Numbered from the stretch's first letter, positions 42,254-55,992 are shown. The stretch: DNA of 64,000 bases from the human T2T-CHM13v2.0 reference genome, Homo sapiens (GCF_009914755.1 NC_060937.1), one strand, 5' to 3'. Notes: a model not told the origin generated them from the sequence alone. Numbers and translations are program-made.

Positions 42254-42555
42254 TTTTTTTTTTTTTTAATTGATATGGAGTCACTTTGTTGCCCAGGCTG
42301 GAGTGCAGTGGTGTGATCTTGGCTCACTGCAACCTCCGCCTCCTGGGTTCAAAGTGATTCTCCTGCCTCAGCCTCCTTGGTAGCTGGGATTACAGATGCC
42401 TGCCACCATGCCCAGCTAATTTTTGTATTTTTAGTGGAGGTGGGGTTTCACCATGTTGGCCAGGCTGGTCTCAAACTCGTGACATCAGGTGATCCACCCA
42501 AATCCTCAGCCTCCCAGAGTGCTGGGATTATGGGCATGAGCCACCATGCCTGGCC
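42254..42555 (-). mobile_element. AluS
   Basis: Full reverse dimer with caggtgatcc. Confidence 0.95.
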
Positions 42556-42929
42556 TGGCTGAGAATTTTTGAGAAGATACAGTTCAGGTTGTACAAACAG
42601 AGGGGAGACAAAAGGACATAAGCAGGGAAAATCTACTTTGCAAAAGCAGATGTAGAGAATACTGGGGGGAAGAAATATTTGAGGGAATAATCATAGAAAA
42701 CGCTTCCAGACTTGAGGAGAGATGAACATTTTGTTGAAAAACTGAAAAATGCCAAAAAAGAAATATTTTATGAAGGAAACCAATATTCCTAAAAATGGAC
42801 CTTTCAAGCAGCCACACTTTAAACCCTGGAAGACAAATTTCAATATGGTGACCTCTTCATCTACTAAATCTCTTTAGTAGATCTCTTCATCTACAAGATC
42901 TCTTCGTCTACTAAATAAACTAGGAGACA

Positions 42930-43611
42930 GTGTGATGTCACATTTCTGGAGCAGTGTCAGAGTTGGTGCCATGATCCAGAACGTAAGGGTTGCAAGTGTG
43001 GCAGCTCCCTCCACATCCTTATTCAACTTGCTCTTTGGTCTGTGCACGTCTCGGTAAATGATGGGAGAGCAACACAGACTTAGTGAAACAGGGACTCCCC
43101 TGGTGACTGACTGCTGTTGCAGATATGCTTTAATTTTTGAAGCATGTCAGCACTCCCCTCCCCACTGCCCCGCACTCAGTATATAGCTATTCATGTAAGT
43201 GCACTTTTCCTCTCTAGACCTGTAGATAAGGACCACAGAGGCTGCTTGTTTTCAGGAGGCATTGGTGGCAATCAGCCCTCCCTGTCATCCCTCAGGATCC
43301 ATCATATTCTGGTCATCAGGGTCCTTGTTCACTTCTCCACTCCCCAGGATTTCACAGTGGACACTCACGATACTGACTGGTGAGGAGGAAAAGCCACTCT
43401 CCTAGATGTCTGGGTGAGACAGCCTGAGAAATTTAGGGACCTGCCATCTAGATGAAATCTCCAGGGCCATCTAGATGAAGTCTCCTTCCCTTCCAAGGTG
43501 AAGGACGAGTGGATGTGCCTGACCCCTTTTTACCACTAAGAGAATGAAGCAATGCCTAGTAACTCTCTTTGGAATTTTGAGGTATCATATACCTAATTTG
43601 GACATAGTGCT
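42930..43611 (+). mobile_element. ERVL internal relic (pol, RT region), heavily degraded
   Basis: ttcaacttgctctttggtctgtgca...gctgttgcagat...tatagctatt...cctgtagataaggaccacag...aaggtgaaggacgag is collinear with HERV-L RT as recalled. Confidence 0.65.
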
Positions 43612-44502
43612 TGTGTTAGTCAAGGTTCTCCAGAGAAACAGAACCAATAGGATATACAGAGATGTGTAAGAGAAGCTTTATAATGTGAATTGGCTCACTC
43701 AGTTATGAAAGCTGTATTAGTCCATTCTCATGCTGCTAATAAAGTCATACCCAAGACTGAGTAATTTATAAAGAAAAGAGATTTAATTGACTCACAGTTC
43801 TGCAGGGTTGCGGAGTCCTCAGGAAACTTACAATAATGATGGAAGGTGAAGCAAATACATCCTCCTTCACATGGCAATGGGAGAGGGAAGAATGAGTGCC
43901 CAGTGAACGGGGAAGCCCCTTATAAAACCATGTGATTTTGTGAGAACTAACTCACTATCACGAGAATAGGATGGGGAAAACCACACCTATGATTCAATTA
44001 TCTTCACCTGGTCCTTCCCATGACATGTGGGGATTGTGGGAACTAAAATTCAAGATGAGATTGGGGTAGGGACACAGCCAAACCATATCAGAGGCCAAGA
44101 AGCCCCACAGCATTCCATCTACAAGCTGAAAAACCAAAGAAACTGGTACTATAATTCAGCCTGAGTCGGAAGTCCTGAGAACCAGAGGGGCCCTGGTTTA
44201 AGTCTCAGGGTCCTAAGACCTAAGAATCTGGGGCTCCAATGTTCAAGGATAGGAGAAGATGGGTGTCCCAGCTCTAAAAGGGAGAGAAAATTTGACCTTT
44301 CTGCACCTTCCTGTTCCATCCAGGCTCTCAGTGGATCAGATGATGCCCACCCACACTGGGGAGGGCCACATGTTTACTCCGTCTACACAGTCAAATGCTA
44401 CACTCTCCTGGAAACACTTTCACAGGGACAGCCAGAAATGTTTTATGAGCAATTGTGCATCCCTTAGCCCAATCAAGTTGACACATAAAATTAACCTTCA
44501 TC
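43612..44502 (-). mobile_element. MLT2B-like solo LTR, interrupted by THE1D
   Basis: tgtgttagtcaaggttctccagagaaacagaaccaatagga ... cccttagcccaatcaagttgacacataaaattaacc. Confidence 0.9.
43713..44090 (-). mobile_element. THE1D-like MaLR solo LTR
   Basis: tgtattagtccattctcatgctgctaataaag ... gggacacagccaaaccatatca; ggggaagccccttataaaacc. Confidence 0.92.
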
Positions 44503-45634
44503 TTACTCCAGCCCATTTATTTAACTATCCAAAATGCGGCCAACAGAACAGATGATCATGGTGGACAGGGGGAAAGAATAGATTGCAGCTCTGACTTGGA
44601 AGGACAAAGCAGCATGCAGAAGCTCACACAGTGAATTTTAGTTCCAGAATTATTGCAAGAACAAAGCAGGAATCCCAAGAGGACCCACAGACCCTCTCAA
44701 GGCAGTGGACTGCTCCTGCAGGACCTGGGAGACACCCCAAATACTATGAGTGCCCCAACTGCGGAAGTGGGAAAGGGAGACCCTCCACTCCCAAACACAC
44801 ACCCCCACTGGGGAAACTGAAGGTCTAGTTTGCGGGAGAAGTTTCCAGCCTTACCTGGAGCTGTGTCAGTTTAGAGAGCTGAGGGAAATACAGGGGTAGA
44901 GGAAGGAGCTGGAAAGGCCCTGGGAGCTCTCTAGGTCCCCAAGCAGACCATTCCTGCCTGGCACCACAGGGATCCATCTGGAGGATGGCTAGAAGCACAG
45001 GGGAAATCACCACAGGGAGAAGGAAGTCTCCAACTGAACTTTGTAAGAATATGAATTGGGCAAGAATCCTCCTGACTAGAACTCAGGAGAGGGTGCTAAT
45101 CCAGTGTGCAGACTCCACAGGTGGGTGAAAAACCAAGCCCTTTTCTTTTGCTGCTGGGCGGGGGGAGCCTGAGGCAAGTTCTCAAGCCCTGCTCACCCAC
45201 TGCCTGGAAAGAGATTCAGGGTTGTTGGGGGTGCACAGTGGGAGTGAGATCGGCCCTTTGGATTATGTAGGAGCTGGATAAGTCCTGTGACTTCCAGCTT
45301 TCCCCCACTTCCCTGACAACCTGCATAACTCAGCAGAGGCAGCCATAATCCTCCTAGGTACACAATTCCATTGACCTGGGAATATCACCTTCGTCCTCCA
45401 GAGCAGCCACAGCAAGACCCACCCCAGGAGAGTCTGAGCTTAGACATGCCTAGCCCTACCCCCACCCTGACCCACCCCCTCACCCCCCGGCCCACCCCAC
45501 CCCCCCACCCCCATGAGCCTTCCCTATCCACCCTGGTAGCTGAAGACAAAGGTCATATATTTTGGGAGTTCTAGCACTCTGCCCACCACCGGTTCCTCTC
45601 CACACAACCACAGCTGATGCATTCTGGAAAGCAC

Positions 45635-47080
45635 TGTGTCCAGAATTGGTGGATTCTTGGTCTCGCTGACTTCAAGAATGAAGCCACAGACCCTCGCAGT
45701 GAGTGTTACAGTTCTTAAAGATGGTGTGTCCAAAGTTTGTTCCTTCAGAGGTTCAGATGTGTCCAGAGTTTCTTCCTTCCGGTGGGTTCGTGGTCTCGCT
45801 GACTTCAGGAGTGAAGCTGCAGACCCTCGCGGTCAGTGTTACAGCTCTTAAGGTGGCACGTCTGGAGTTGTTCGTTCCTTCCAGTGGGTTCGTGGTCTTG
45901 CTGGCTTCAGGAATGAAGCTGCAAACCTTCACAGTGAGTGTTACAGCTCATAAAGGCAGCATGGACCCAAAGAGCGAGCAACAGTAAGATTTACTTTGAA
46001 GAGCGGAAGAGCGAAAGATCAAAGCTTCTGCAAAGTGGAAAGAGACCCGAGCCGGTTGCTGCTGCTGGCTCGGGCAGCCTGCTTTTATACCATTATCTGG
46101 CCCCACCCATATCCTGTTGATTGGTCCATTTTACAGAGAGCTGATTGGCCCATTTTACAGAGAGCTGATTGGTCCATTTTACAGAGAGCTGATTGGTCCA
46201 TTTTGACAGGTGCTGATTGGTGAGTTTACAATCCCCGAGTTAAACACAGAGTGCTGATTGGTGCAGTTACAATCCTCTAGCTAGACATAACAGTTCTCCA
46301 AGTCCCCACCAGATTAGCTAGATACAGAGTGCTGATTGGTGCAGCCACAAACCCCAAGCTAGACACAGAGTGCTGATTGGTGCATTTACAATCCTCCAGC
46401 TAGACATAAAAGTTCTGCAAGTCCCCACCTGACTCAGGAGCCCAGCTGGCTTCGCCTAATAGATCCCATGCTGGGGCCGTGGGGGAAGCTGCCTGCCAGT
46501 CCCATGCCACCACCTGCACTCCTCAGCTCTTGGGCAGTCAATGGGACTGAGCGCTGTGGGACATGGGGCGGTCTCCCTCAGGGAGGCTTGGGCCACGAGG
46601 GAGCCCATTGGGGAGGGGGAGGTGGGTGATTGGGCATAGCAGGCTGCAGGTGCCGAGCTTTGTCCCATGGGGAGGCGGCTGAGTCCCTGCGAGAATTTGA
46701 GTGCAGTGCGGATGGGCCAGCAGTGCTGGGGGACCCAGCACACCCTCCACAGCTGCTGGCCCAGGTGCCAAGCCCTTCACTGCCTGTGGCCAGCCCGCTG
46801 GCAGGCCGCTCCGAGTGTGGGGCCTGCTGAGCCCACGCCCTCCTGGAACTCTCTCGTGCTGGCCTGCAAGCGCCGTGCGCAGCCCTGGTTCCCACCCACG
46901 CCTCTCCCTCCACACTTCCCTGCAAGCAGAGGGAGCTGGCTCCGGCCTCGGCCAGCCCAGAGAAGGGGACCCACAGTGCAGAGGCAGGCTGAAAGGCTCC
47001 TCAAGCATGGCCAGAGTGGACACTGAGGCTGAGGAGGCACTGAGAGTGAGCAAGGGCTGCTAGCACATTGTCACCTCTCA
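45635..47080 (-). mobile_element. LTR12 (ERV9) solo LTR, LTR12C/D-like, inserted in the L1 5' UTR
   Basis: tgtgtccagaattggtggattcttggtctc ... tgtcacctctca termini; U5 repeats; gctgattgg repeats; decayed 4 bp TSD gcac / gcgt. Confidence 0.97.
46083..46380 (-). promoter_or_regulatory. LTR12 promoter: 8 CCAAT (NF-Y) boxes plus TATAAAA
   Basis: ATTGG at 46120, 46144, 46168, 46192, 46216, 46257, 46335 and 46376; minus-strand TATAAAA at 46083-46089. Confidence 0.75.
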
Positions 47081-50000
47081 GCGTCACCTCCCAGCAGGAG
47101 GCCAGCCAGCATAAAATAGAACATTAAACCACCAAATCTAAGAACACTTACAGAGTCCATTTCACCATCCTGCCACTTCCACCAGAACAGGTGCTGGTAT
47201 CCATGACTGAGAGACCCACAGACCGTTCACATCACAGGACTCTGTGCAGATAACCCCCAGTACCAGCCCGGAGCAGGGTAGACTTGCTGGGTGGCTACAC
47301 CCAGAAGATAGATAGCAATCATTGAGCTCGGCTTACAGGAAGCCACATCCATAGGAAAAGGGGGAGAGTATTATAACAATGGAACACTCTGTGGGACAAA
47401 ATAATCTGAATAAAAGCCTTCAGCCCTAGACTTCCCCTCTGACAGAGCCTACCCAAATGAGAAGGAACCAGAAAAACAACTCTGGTAATATGGCAAGACA
47501 AGGCTCTTTAACACCTCAAAAAAGTCACACTAGCTCACCAGCAATGGATCCAAACCAAGAAGAGATCTCTGGTTTACCTGAAAAAGAATTCAGGAGGTTA
47601 GCTATTAAGCTAATCAGGGAGGCACCAGAGAAAGGCAAAGCTAAATGCAAGGAAATCCAAAAAATGATACAAGAAGTAAAGAGAGAAATAATCAAGGAAA
47701 CAGAGATCATAAAGGAAAAAAAATCAAAACTTCAGGAAACATTGGATACACTTATAGAAATGCAAAATGATCTGGAAAGTCTCAGCAATTATAATTGAAC
47801 AAGTAGAAGAAAGAAATTCAGAGCTCAAAGACAAGGTCTTTGAAATAACTCAATCCAACAAAGACGAAGAAAAAAAGAATAAGAAAATATGAACAAAGCC
47901 GCCAATAAATCTGGGATTATGTAAACAACCAAACCTAAGATTAATTGGTTTTCCTGAAGCAGCGAGATTGAAATGGTAATTTAAAAATTACCAACAAAAA
48001 AAGTTCAGGACCAGATGGATTTACAGCAGAATTCTACCAGATATTCAAAGGAGAATTGGTACCAATCTTTTTGATACTACTCCACAAGATAGGGAAAGAG
48101 GAAACCCTCCCTAATTCATTCTATGAAGCCAGCATCACCCTTATACCAAAACCAGGAAAGAACATTACAAAAAAAGAAAACTACAGACCAATATTCTTGA
48201 TGAACATAGATACTAGAATCCTTACCAAAATACTATCTAACTGAATCCAACAACATATCAAAAAGATTATCCACCATAATCAAGTGGGTTTCATACCAGG
48301 GATGCAGGGATGGTTTAACATACACAAGTCAATAAATGTGATACACCACATAAGCAGAATTAAAAACAAAAATTGCATCATCATCCCAATAAATGCAAAA
48401 AAAGCATTCGACAAAATCCAGCATTGCTTTATGATTAAAACTCTCAGCAAAATTGGCGTACAAGGGACATACCTTAATGTAATGAAAGCCATCTATGACA
48501 AACCCACAGCCAACACAATTCTGAATGGGGAAAAGTTTAAAGCATTCTCTCTGGGAACTGGAACAAGACAATGATGCACACTCTCAGCACTCCTCTTCAA
48601 CATAGTACTGGAATTCCTAGCCAGAACAATCAGACCAGAGAAAGAAATAAAGGGCATCCAAGTCGGTAAAGAGGAAGTCAAACTATCACTGTTTGCTGAC
48701 AATATGGTTGTTTACCTAAAAGACCCTAAAGACTTCTCCGGAAAGCTCCTAGAACTGATGACATAATTCAGCAAAGTTTCTGGATACAAGATTAAGTTAC
48801 ACAAATCAGTAGTTCTTCTAGACACCAACAGCAACCAAGCAGAGAATCAAATCAAGAACTCAATCCTTTTTACAATAGTTGCAAAATAAATAAATAAGTA
48901 AATAAATTAAACTACTTAGGAATATACCTAACCAAGGAAGCAAAAGACCTCTACAAAGAAACCTACAAAACACTGCTGAAAGAAATCTCAGGCGACACAA
49001 ACAAATGGAAACACATCCCATACTCACGGATGGGTAGAATCAACATTGTGCAAATGAACATAATGCCAAAAGCAATCTACAAATTCAATGCAATCTTCAT
49101 CAAAATACCACCATAATTCTTCACAGAATTAGTGAAAAAACAATTCTAAAATTCATGTGGAACCAAAAAAGAGCCTGCATAGCCAAAGCAAGACGAAGCA
49201 AAATGAACAAATCTGGAGACATCACACTACATGATTTCAAACTATACTATAAGGCCATAGTCATCAAGACACCATGGTGCTGGTATAAAAATAGGCATAT
49301 AGACCAATGGAACAGAATAGAAAACCCAGAAATAAACCCAAATACTTACAGCTAACTGATCTTTGACAAAGCAAACAAAAACATAAAGTGGGAAAAGGAC
49401 ACCCTTTTCAGCAAATGGTACTGGGATAATTGGCTAGCTACATGTAGGAGAATGAAACTGAATCCTCGTCTCTCACCTCATACAAAAATCAACTCCAGAT
49501 GGATTAAGGACTTAAATCTAAGAGGTGAAACTACAAAAATTCTAGAAGATAACATTGGACAACCCCTTCTAGACATTGGCCTAGGCAAGGATTTCATGAC
49601 CAATAACCCCAAAGCAAATGCAATAAAAACAAATATAACTAGTTGGGACTTAATTAAACTAAAGAGCTTTTGCACAGCAAAAGGAACAGTCAGCAGAGTA
49701 AACAGACAACCCACAGAATGGGAGACAATCTTCACAATCTATATACATCAGACAAAGGACTAATATTCAGAATCTACAACAAACTCAAACAAATCAGTAG
49801 GAAAAAAAAATCCCATCAAAAAGTGGGCTAAGGACATGAACAGACAATTCTCAAAAGAAGATACACAAATGGCCAACAAACATATGAAAAAATGCTCAAC
49901 ATCACTAATGGTCAGGGAAATGCAAATCAAAACTGCAATGCAATACCAACTCACTCCTGCAAGAATGGCCATAATAAAAAAATCAAGAAATAGTAGATGT

Positions 50001-50311
50001 TGGCATGGATGTTGTTCTCAGGGAACACTTCTTCACTTCTGGTGGGAATGGAAACTAGTATAGCCACTGTGGAAAACAGTGTGGAGATTCCTTAAAGAAC
50101 TAAAAGTAGAACTACCATTTGACCCAGCAATCCCACTACTGGGTCTCTACCCAGAGCAAAAGAAGTCATTATATGAAAAGGATACAAGCACGTGCATGTT
50201 TATAGCAGCACAATTCACAATTGCAAAATGGTGAAACCACCCAAATGCCCATCAATCAACAAGTGGATAAAGAAACTGTGAGATATATATGGAATACTAG
50301 AATACTACTCA

Positions 50312-50683
<372 letters not shown>

Positions 50684-50918
50684 CTATTACTGTAAGTGAA
50701 ATAACTCAGGAATGGAAAACCAAACATCATATATTCTCAATGATATGTGGGAGCTAAGCTATGAGGATGCAAATGCATAGAATGATACAATGGACTTTGG
50801 GGACTTGGGGGAAGAAGGGGAGGGGGATGAGGGATAAAAGACTACAAATAGGGTGCAATGTATACTGCTTGAGTGATGGGTGCACCAAAATCTCACAGGC
50901 TACCACTAAAGAACTTAT

Positions 50919-52410
50919 GGCAGGGGTTGAGGCTATGCACGTGCTCAGTACATGAGCTTTCACACAGGAATGTTAATCTGATTCCAACCACTGCTGAGTG
51001 CCCGCCCTGCCAGCACTCCAATCCTGAGTCTCCAATATGGCACAATCCACTTTCTGGAAAGTTGATTAAAATAAGAAGCTTCCTTCATGAAAGGAAGTCA
51101 CTTTGTTCTCATTACCTGAAATGCTTTGCCAAAGTCACTGTCTGTGAGTTTATCAAACGCATCATTCACTATTGTGGTATAACATCCGTCATTGCTTCTG
51201 ATTAGGAAATACGTTTTGCTATGAATGAAGCACAGCAATTATCTCTTGCTCATGGATGTATTCATCTTAGCATGTACCTCATCATCTTGAAGCAGCTGAA
51301 CTGATAAGACAGATACACAGCTTGTGAATGGATAGTTACAGTGCAACCATGGAGACAACACATTATGGTACTGGGCTCACGTCTTACGGGCTATGATGCT
51401 CTCTGAGATGGCAATGAAGATGTAGTGATGCTTCTCGTTTAACCCAGCTTCAGACCTGAGAATCCAGGTGGAATTCATTCCCTAATTCCCTTTCCCTCAC
51501 TAATACCCTAGAGATACAAGTTTATCTTCTTGTTCTTGCAATTTTGGACTCTGTTGATTGATAGGTTTTTGTTCCCAAGGGAGGAATGCTTTCATCCAAG
51601 CCCACATTTACTGGTTCCATTAAATGGGAAGGTGAGAGTGAACACCTCTGCTTCTCATACCAGTGGGTCAATAGGCAAAGAATGGGGTGACTCTACTGAC
51701 TGGGGCAATCAATTCTGATTATTAAGGAGAAAGCGGGCTTCTACTCCACAATAAGGGCAGGGAAGAGGGTGACTTGGATATCTCTTAATTCTCCTATGTC
51801 CTGTCAGGAAAGTTAATGGAAAGCTACAACCATCTCATACACATAGGGCTGTTAATGTCCCAAGCCCTTTAGAAATGAATGTCCAGGTTACCCCACCAGA
51901 CAAGGAACCATGATGAGCTGAAGTTCTTGCTGAGATTAAAGGAATATGAACTGGGTATTGGGGAAACCAATGTATAAATACAAGTTTTGACTCTGTGTCT
52001 AGATGCAGAAAGAGGATTGTCATCCTTGCGAGCATTTTCTCCTTAACTTTATATAAATATATTTGTGTGTATCTATATTTAGAACAATCTCTATACCAGT
52101 TTTCTTCTTTCCCTTTTCCCATTCCCATACTATCTAACATAAGATGTGATATTAGAAGTTAAGCTATTATCTTAGTGTTTATTTTATAAAATATCAATAG
52201 GGGAGTATGACAGCAAGAAAAGAAATGAAGACAACAAAAAATTTTAAATTAAAAAATGAGGTTTTTGAATCCGACTTGGGGGAGAAGACTAGCATGCTTT
52301 TGGCTGTGTGATACACAGTTGCATCACATCAGTCTGACAGTTTTTAAAGTATCTTTGTTCGGACAAATATCCAATATTCACGTAGGTGGATGTGGACAAG
52401 TGGACAAGGC
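50919..52410 (+). mobile_element. ERVL internal relic (integrase and 3' region)
   Basis: tggcaggggttgaggctatgca...accactgctgagtgcccgccctgccagc (TAECPxCQ of the HHCC zinc finger), cattgcttctgattagga, catcatcttgaagcagctg. Confidence 0.75.
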
Positions 52411-52808
52411 TTGCACTATCTGGGTTATTTATCATCAGCTTTGTCAAGCTGGGAACTTTGGCCCTCAGAATCCCTTTCCTCGCATGGCCCTGCACTAGAG
52501 TTGGCCATAAGTGGACTTGGCAAGATTGGGAGGCAAAGTGAAGCCACAGATGTTGCTCTGTAAGTGAAGGATAGACAGAGGTGCTTGGTGGATTCTAGAC
52601 GATGCTAATTCTCCTCCCATCTGTTCACAGGGACTCTACCTGCCTGCTGGTTCTGATATATCCTCCTCTAAATATCCTCTCTCTTTATATCTCTCCTCTC
52701 TTTTTCTCTCTCTCCCCACAAATATATGTGTGCCTACGCACACACACTCACACACACACACACACACATTCTTTTGGTTTGGTTTCTCTGGAAAACCTTG
52801 ACTAATAA
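52411..52808 (+). mobile_element. MLT2-type LTR (MLT2F/E-like), probable 3' LTR of the ERVL
   Basis: agctgggaact...cagaatcccttt...tagagttggcca start; (CA)n followed by ttggtttctctggaaaaccttgactaata end. Confidence 0.65.
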
Positions 52809-55774
52809 AGAGAGGAAAATAATGTCTTAGTATTAAATAAATTCTACTTAATATTATGCTGTGGCCCCTTAAATATAATAGCCATCTTGTCAACAGATTG
52901 AATTCAGACTACAACTAAATTTAATGTCATTTCCAGAGAGTTAGTCAAATAGCTATTCTGTGATTTTAAAAGTTCAGAATGACTAATAAGTTGCCTATGC
53001 TTCTTGAGTAAAAGGGAGCACATTAATTAATAAGTATTAATTAATTAAGGATATTAATTTCTCGGTCATACAGTGAATAGGTTCTCTGTGGAATACTAAA
53101 ACCTTTTGTCTAATTTAGGAAGAAATCTAGTAAATGTGGGACAATAATAGATCACATCAGTTGTTTAGAGTCACGTTGAGTCAAGCGGCCACCAGAGTGA
53201 AGACACGTTTCATTGTTTCCAGCTTTTGTAGACACAGCCAGTGTTCTTAGGTGCTCTTCATATCTATCTGTAACTGAGGAAGGCCTCTGGGATGACCAGA
53301 CAGAGGTAATCAAGATGATAAAAAAAATTATACCTGTGCTATACAACAATGGCTAATAAAGACAATTAAAAACACCAAAACTTTTCTATTTGGTAGAAGC
53401 CAATGTTCAGAAAACAAGGTGGAATTTTGGGTGAAATCAAAAGACACCAATGCATTCTATGTCAGAACACCATTGTTTGTCTATACAGAGATGCCAAAAA
53501 TGTGTTTGCTGTCATGCAGATTAACCTGGTGCACTGCCTGGTCCCCAGAAGTGCCTCATTCATTACCAACATGAAGAGAGAGACAGGGAGAAACATTGAA
53601 CATTTAATCAGGTGATGTTTCATGTAGCAGGGAGCTATTCTTGTAGAAACCAGTTCTTAGGAAATTAGGCATTATCTACGGTAGAGGAGGATGGAATGTC
53701 AAAATCATCTAAAATATTCTTAAACTCTGCCCCTTTACCCCACCCAGATTCTGATAAGCTGGAGATAGCTGTATGTGTTTTCCAGTGAGAGATGAGGAAA
53801 TGGCAAGAGGTCGTTATTGATAGGTGTGTATCTTATTCTTTATGTTACGTCGAGATAGGAGAAAATACTGACTTTGAAATATTTGAAAGCAAAGGAAAAT
53901 TGTGATACACTTAGTCGTCACATACTTTACCTAGGGGAGGGCAAAATGTGTAAAATTGAGGTACATCTACATTGCATATTCTGTTAGTAGAAGGTAGAGA
54001 ACTCCTCTTTCTGAAATTTGGAGACTATCATCGTTTTGAAAAATAGAGCAAAAAGTATGTGTTGGGTAGAAGCTGGTTCTAAGCTGTTTAGGTGTCTAAA
54101 GTGACCTAAATTATCATTCATAAACGTCATCTCCCTCGCTGAGCTTGATGCAAGGCAGCTTAGTTTCTATCACTCTGCTTGGGTGAGGTAGTCAGTCAAA
54201 AAGAATATAGCATTTAGCAGAAATAGCCATGCGTGACAACCTGACACGTGGCCCCTAGAAGTGTGTTCGGCTCCCCATGCTTCATCCATGAGCCGCCGGG
54301 CTCGGACTGATTTGAGTCCCACTTCTGCATCACTAAACATAATTTTCAATTGAAACATATTTTCGTGAGAAAAATATGGTATATCCTCAACGTAACCTCT
54401 GGTTAGTCAAGGAGAGACTCAGTAAAGTGATCAGTTTTCTCTCTTTCAAAGCACTGAATGCCAATTGTTACCATTGGTGGCACACAAATGAATGTTGTTC
54501 TCTCACTGAAGACTGTGAGATGGAGCACAAGCTTGAAAAATGACTCCCTTCCCTCAATAAACTATATTGATGAGCAAGTCCTCATAGACCTAACAAAACT
54601 GCCTCCCAAATTTCACAAGTATAGTTCGTATTCATTCTGTTTCTCTAATGAATTAGTCCCACGGCAGCTGGTAATTGGCTGGGCATCCTCTATTTAGCAT
54701 GGGGGTGAGGTAGAGAGTGTTCAGGCTTCATTCTCCCCTTTGTAGGAATTGGGGGCTCAGGAGAGCAGAGCCCGGATATGGAGCGTTCGACTCCATAGCA
54801 ATCCTCAGGGCACAGCTGGGCCAAGAGCTGATGGGGGCTGGAGGCCTCCGCACCCTCCACTGTAGAATTTTCCTCCAGTGTAGACATTTATTCTTATGAG
54901 ATTATCTCAGGAGACAATGAAAATAGACACGTGACCCTGAAAATCAGCCTTGGATCAGGGAGGGGCTGAGATCGCTGTTGTGCTTCAGGCAGCTGCTCTG
55001 TTCTGTTCCGGCTACCGCTTGGCTTAGAGGAACACCACTGCCATTTGGGCTACAGGTTGAAAGTGCCCATTACTGATGCCTCAAGTGAATTAGACAGAAT
55101 GACTTCAGAGAAAATAATATGCCACTGATGGTCACTAACAAGTATAGTCATATGGGCTATCATTTTTGAGAATGGCGTCCGGTGAGTCTAAAATTATTCC
55201 AGCTTTTGGAAAGAACATGAAGTTCCTATGCCCAGAACCATATTTTGCACATATATAACCTCTTGCAAAAATTAGATTTTATCACTTGATAAGAATTCTC
55301 CATTTATTTGTAAATTCATGGGGAACACTGTAAAACACGACACTCTTGGTGAAAGAAAAAAATAAGAATGTGGCTTGAATATCAGCTATGCATGTGCACC
55401 TTCAAATTCAGAAACAGAGAAGAATGGTGTAGGTTTTGGTTCAGCATCTATGCTTTAAAGGAACCAATTCTGTCTGCCTCATAGAGTAGTTGGTCTATTC
55501 AGCACACTCCCATAACCAATTGTCTATTAATATAATAAACCATTTTGAATACAAAAGCAATTGGATAAACTTTCTCCTTCCCACTCAGTCACGTCCTTCT
55601 GCCATTATTGCTGAATTAAATTCTCCGGTAACAAAGCTTGGAGAGAATGATACTAGTAGTAACTTTGGGTAACTACAGAAACTCTTGGGAAGGTTGGGAC
55701 TTCCAGATGGAGCTCCCCTTCCCACATCTGTGAAGTGTCAGGTTCCTACATGGGTCCTTAGAACAGGAACTGAT

Positions 55775-55992
55775 TGTGTTCAAGTGGATCTGGATTCCAA
55801 ACCCACCACTCCTATTTGCCTGCAGTAGAACCCTGGGCAACTTGCTGGCCCCGCTGAGGCCCAGTTTCCTCATCTGTGAAATGAGATCGATACTGACTCC
55901 TGCCTCACAGCCTATTGTGAGGGTTCCATAGCTCATGGGAAGCTCTCCATTCAGTGCCCACCACATAGGAGACACTCGGAGAATGTTAACTC
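55775..55992 (+). mobile_element. MIR SINE
   Basis: ccctgggcaact...cagtttcctcatctgtgaaatgag...cctgcctcacagcctattgtgagg. Confidence 0.82.

Noticed and set aside
45524-47063. Dense ORFs on both strands up to 171 aa
   Set aside because: GC-rich LTR12 sequence, not a gene.
47457-50063. L1 ORF1/ORF2 (reverse transcriptase) fragments as a functional or domesticated gene
   Set aside because: Multiple stops and frameshifts, and the endonuclease is deleted.
54290-54319. Two adjacent 5 bp hairpins (GAGCC/GGCTC, GGACT/AGTCC)
   Set aside because: Stems too short to exceed chance.
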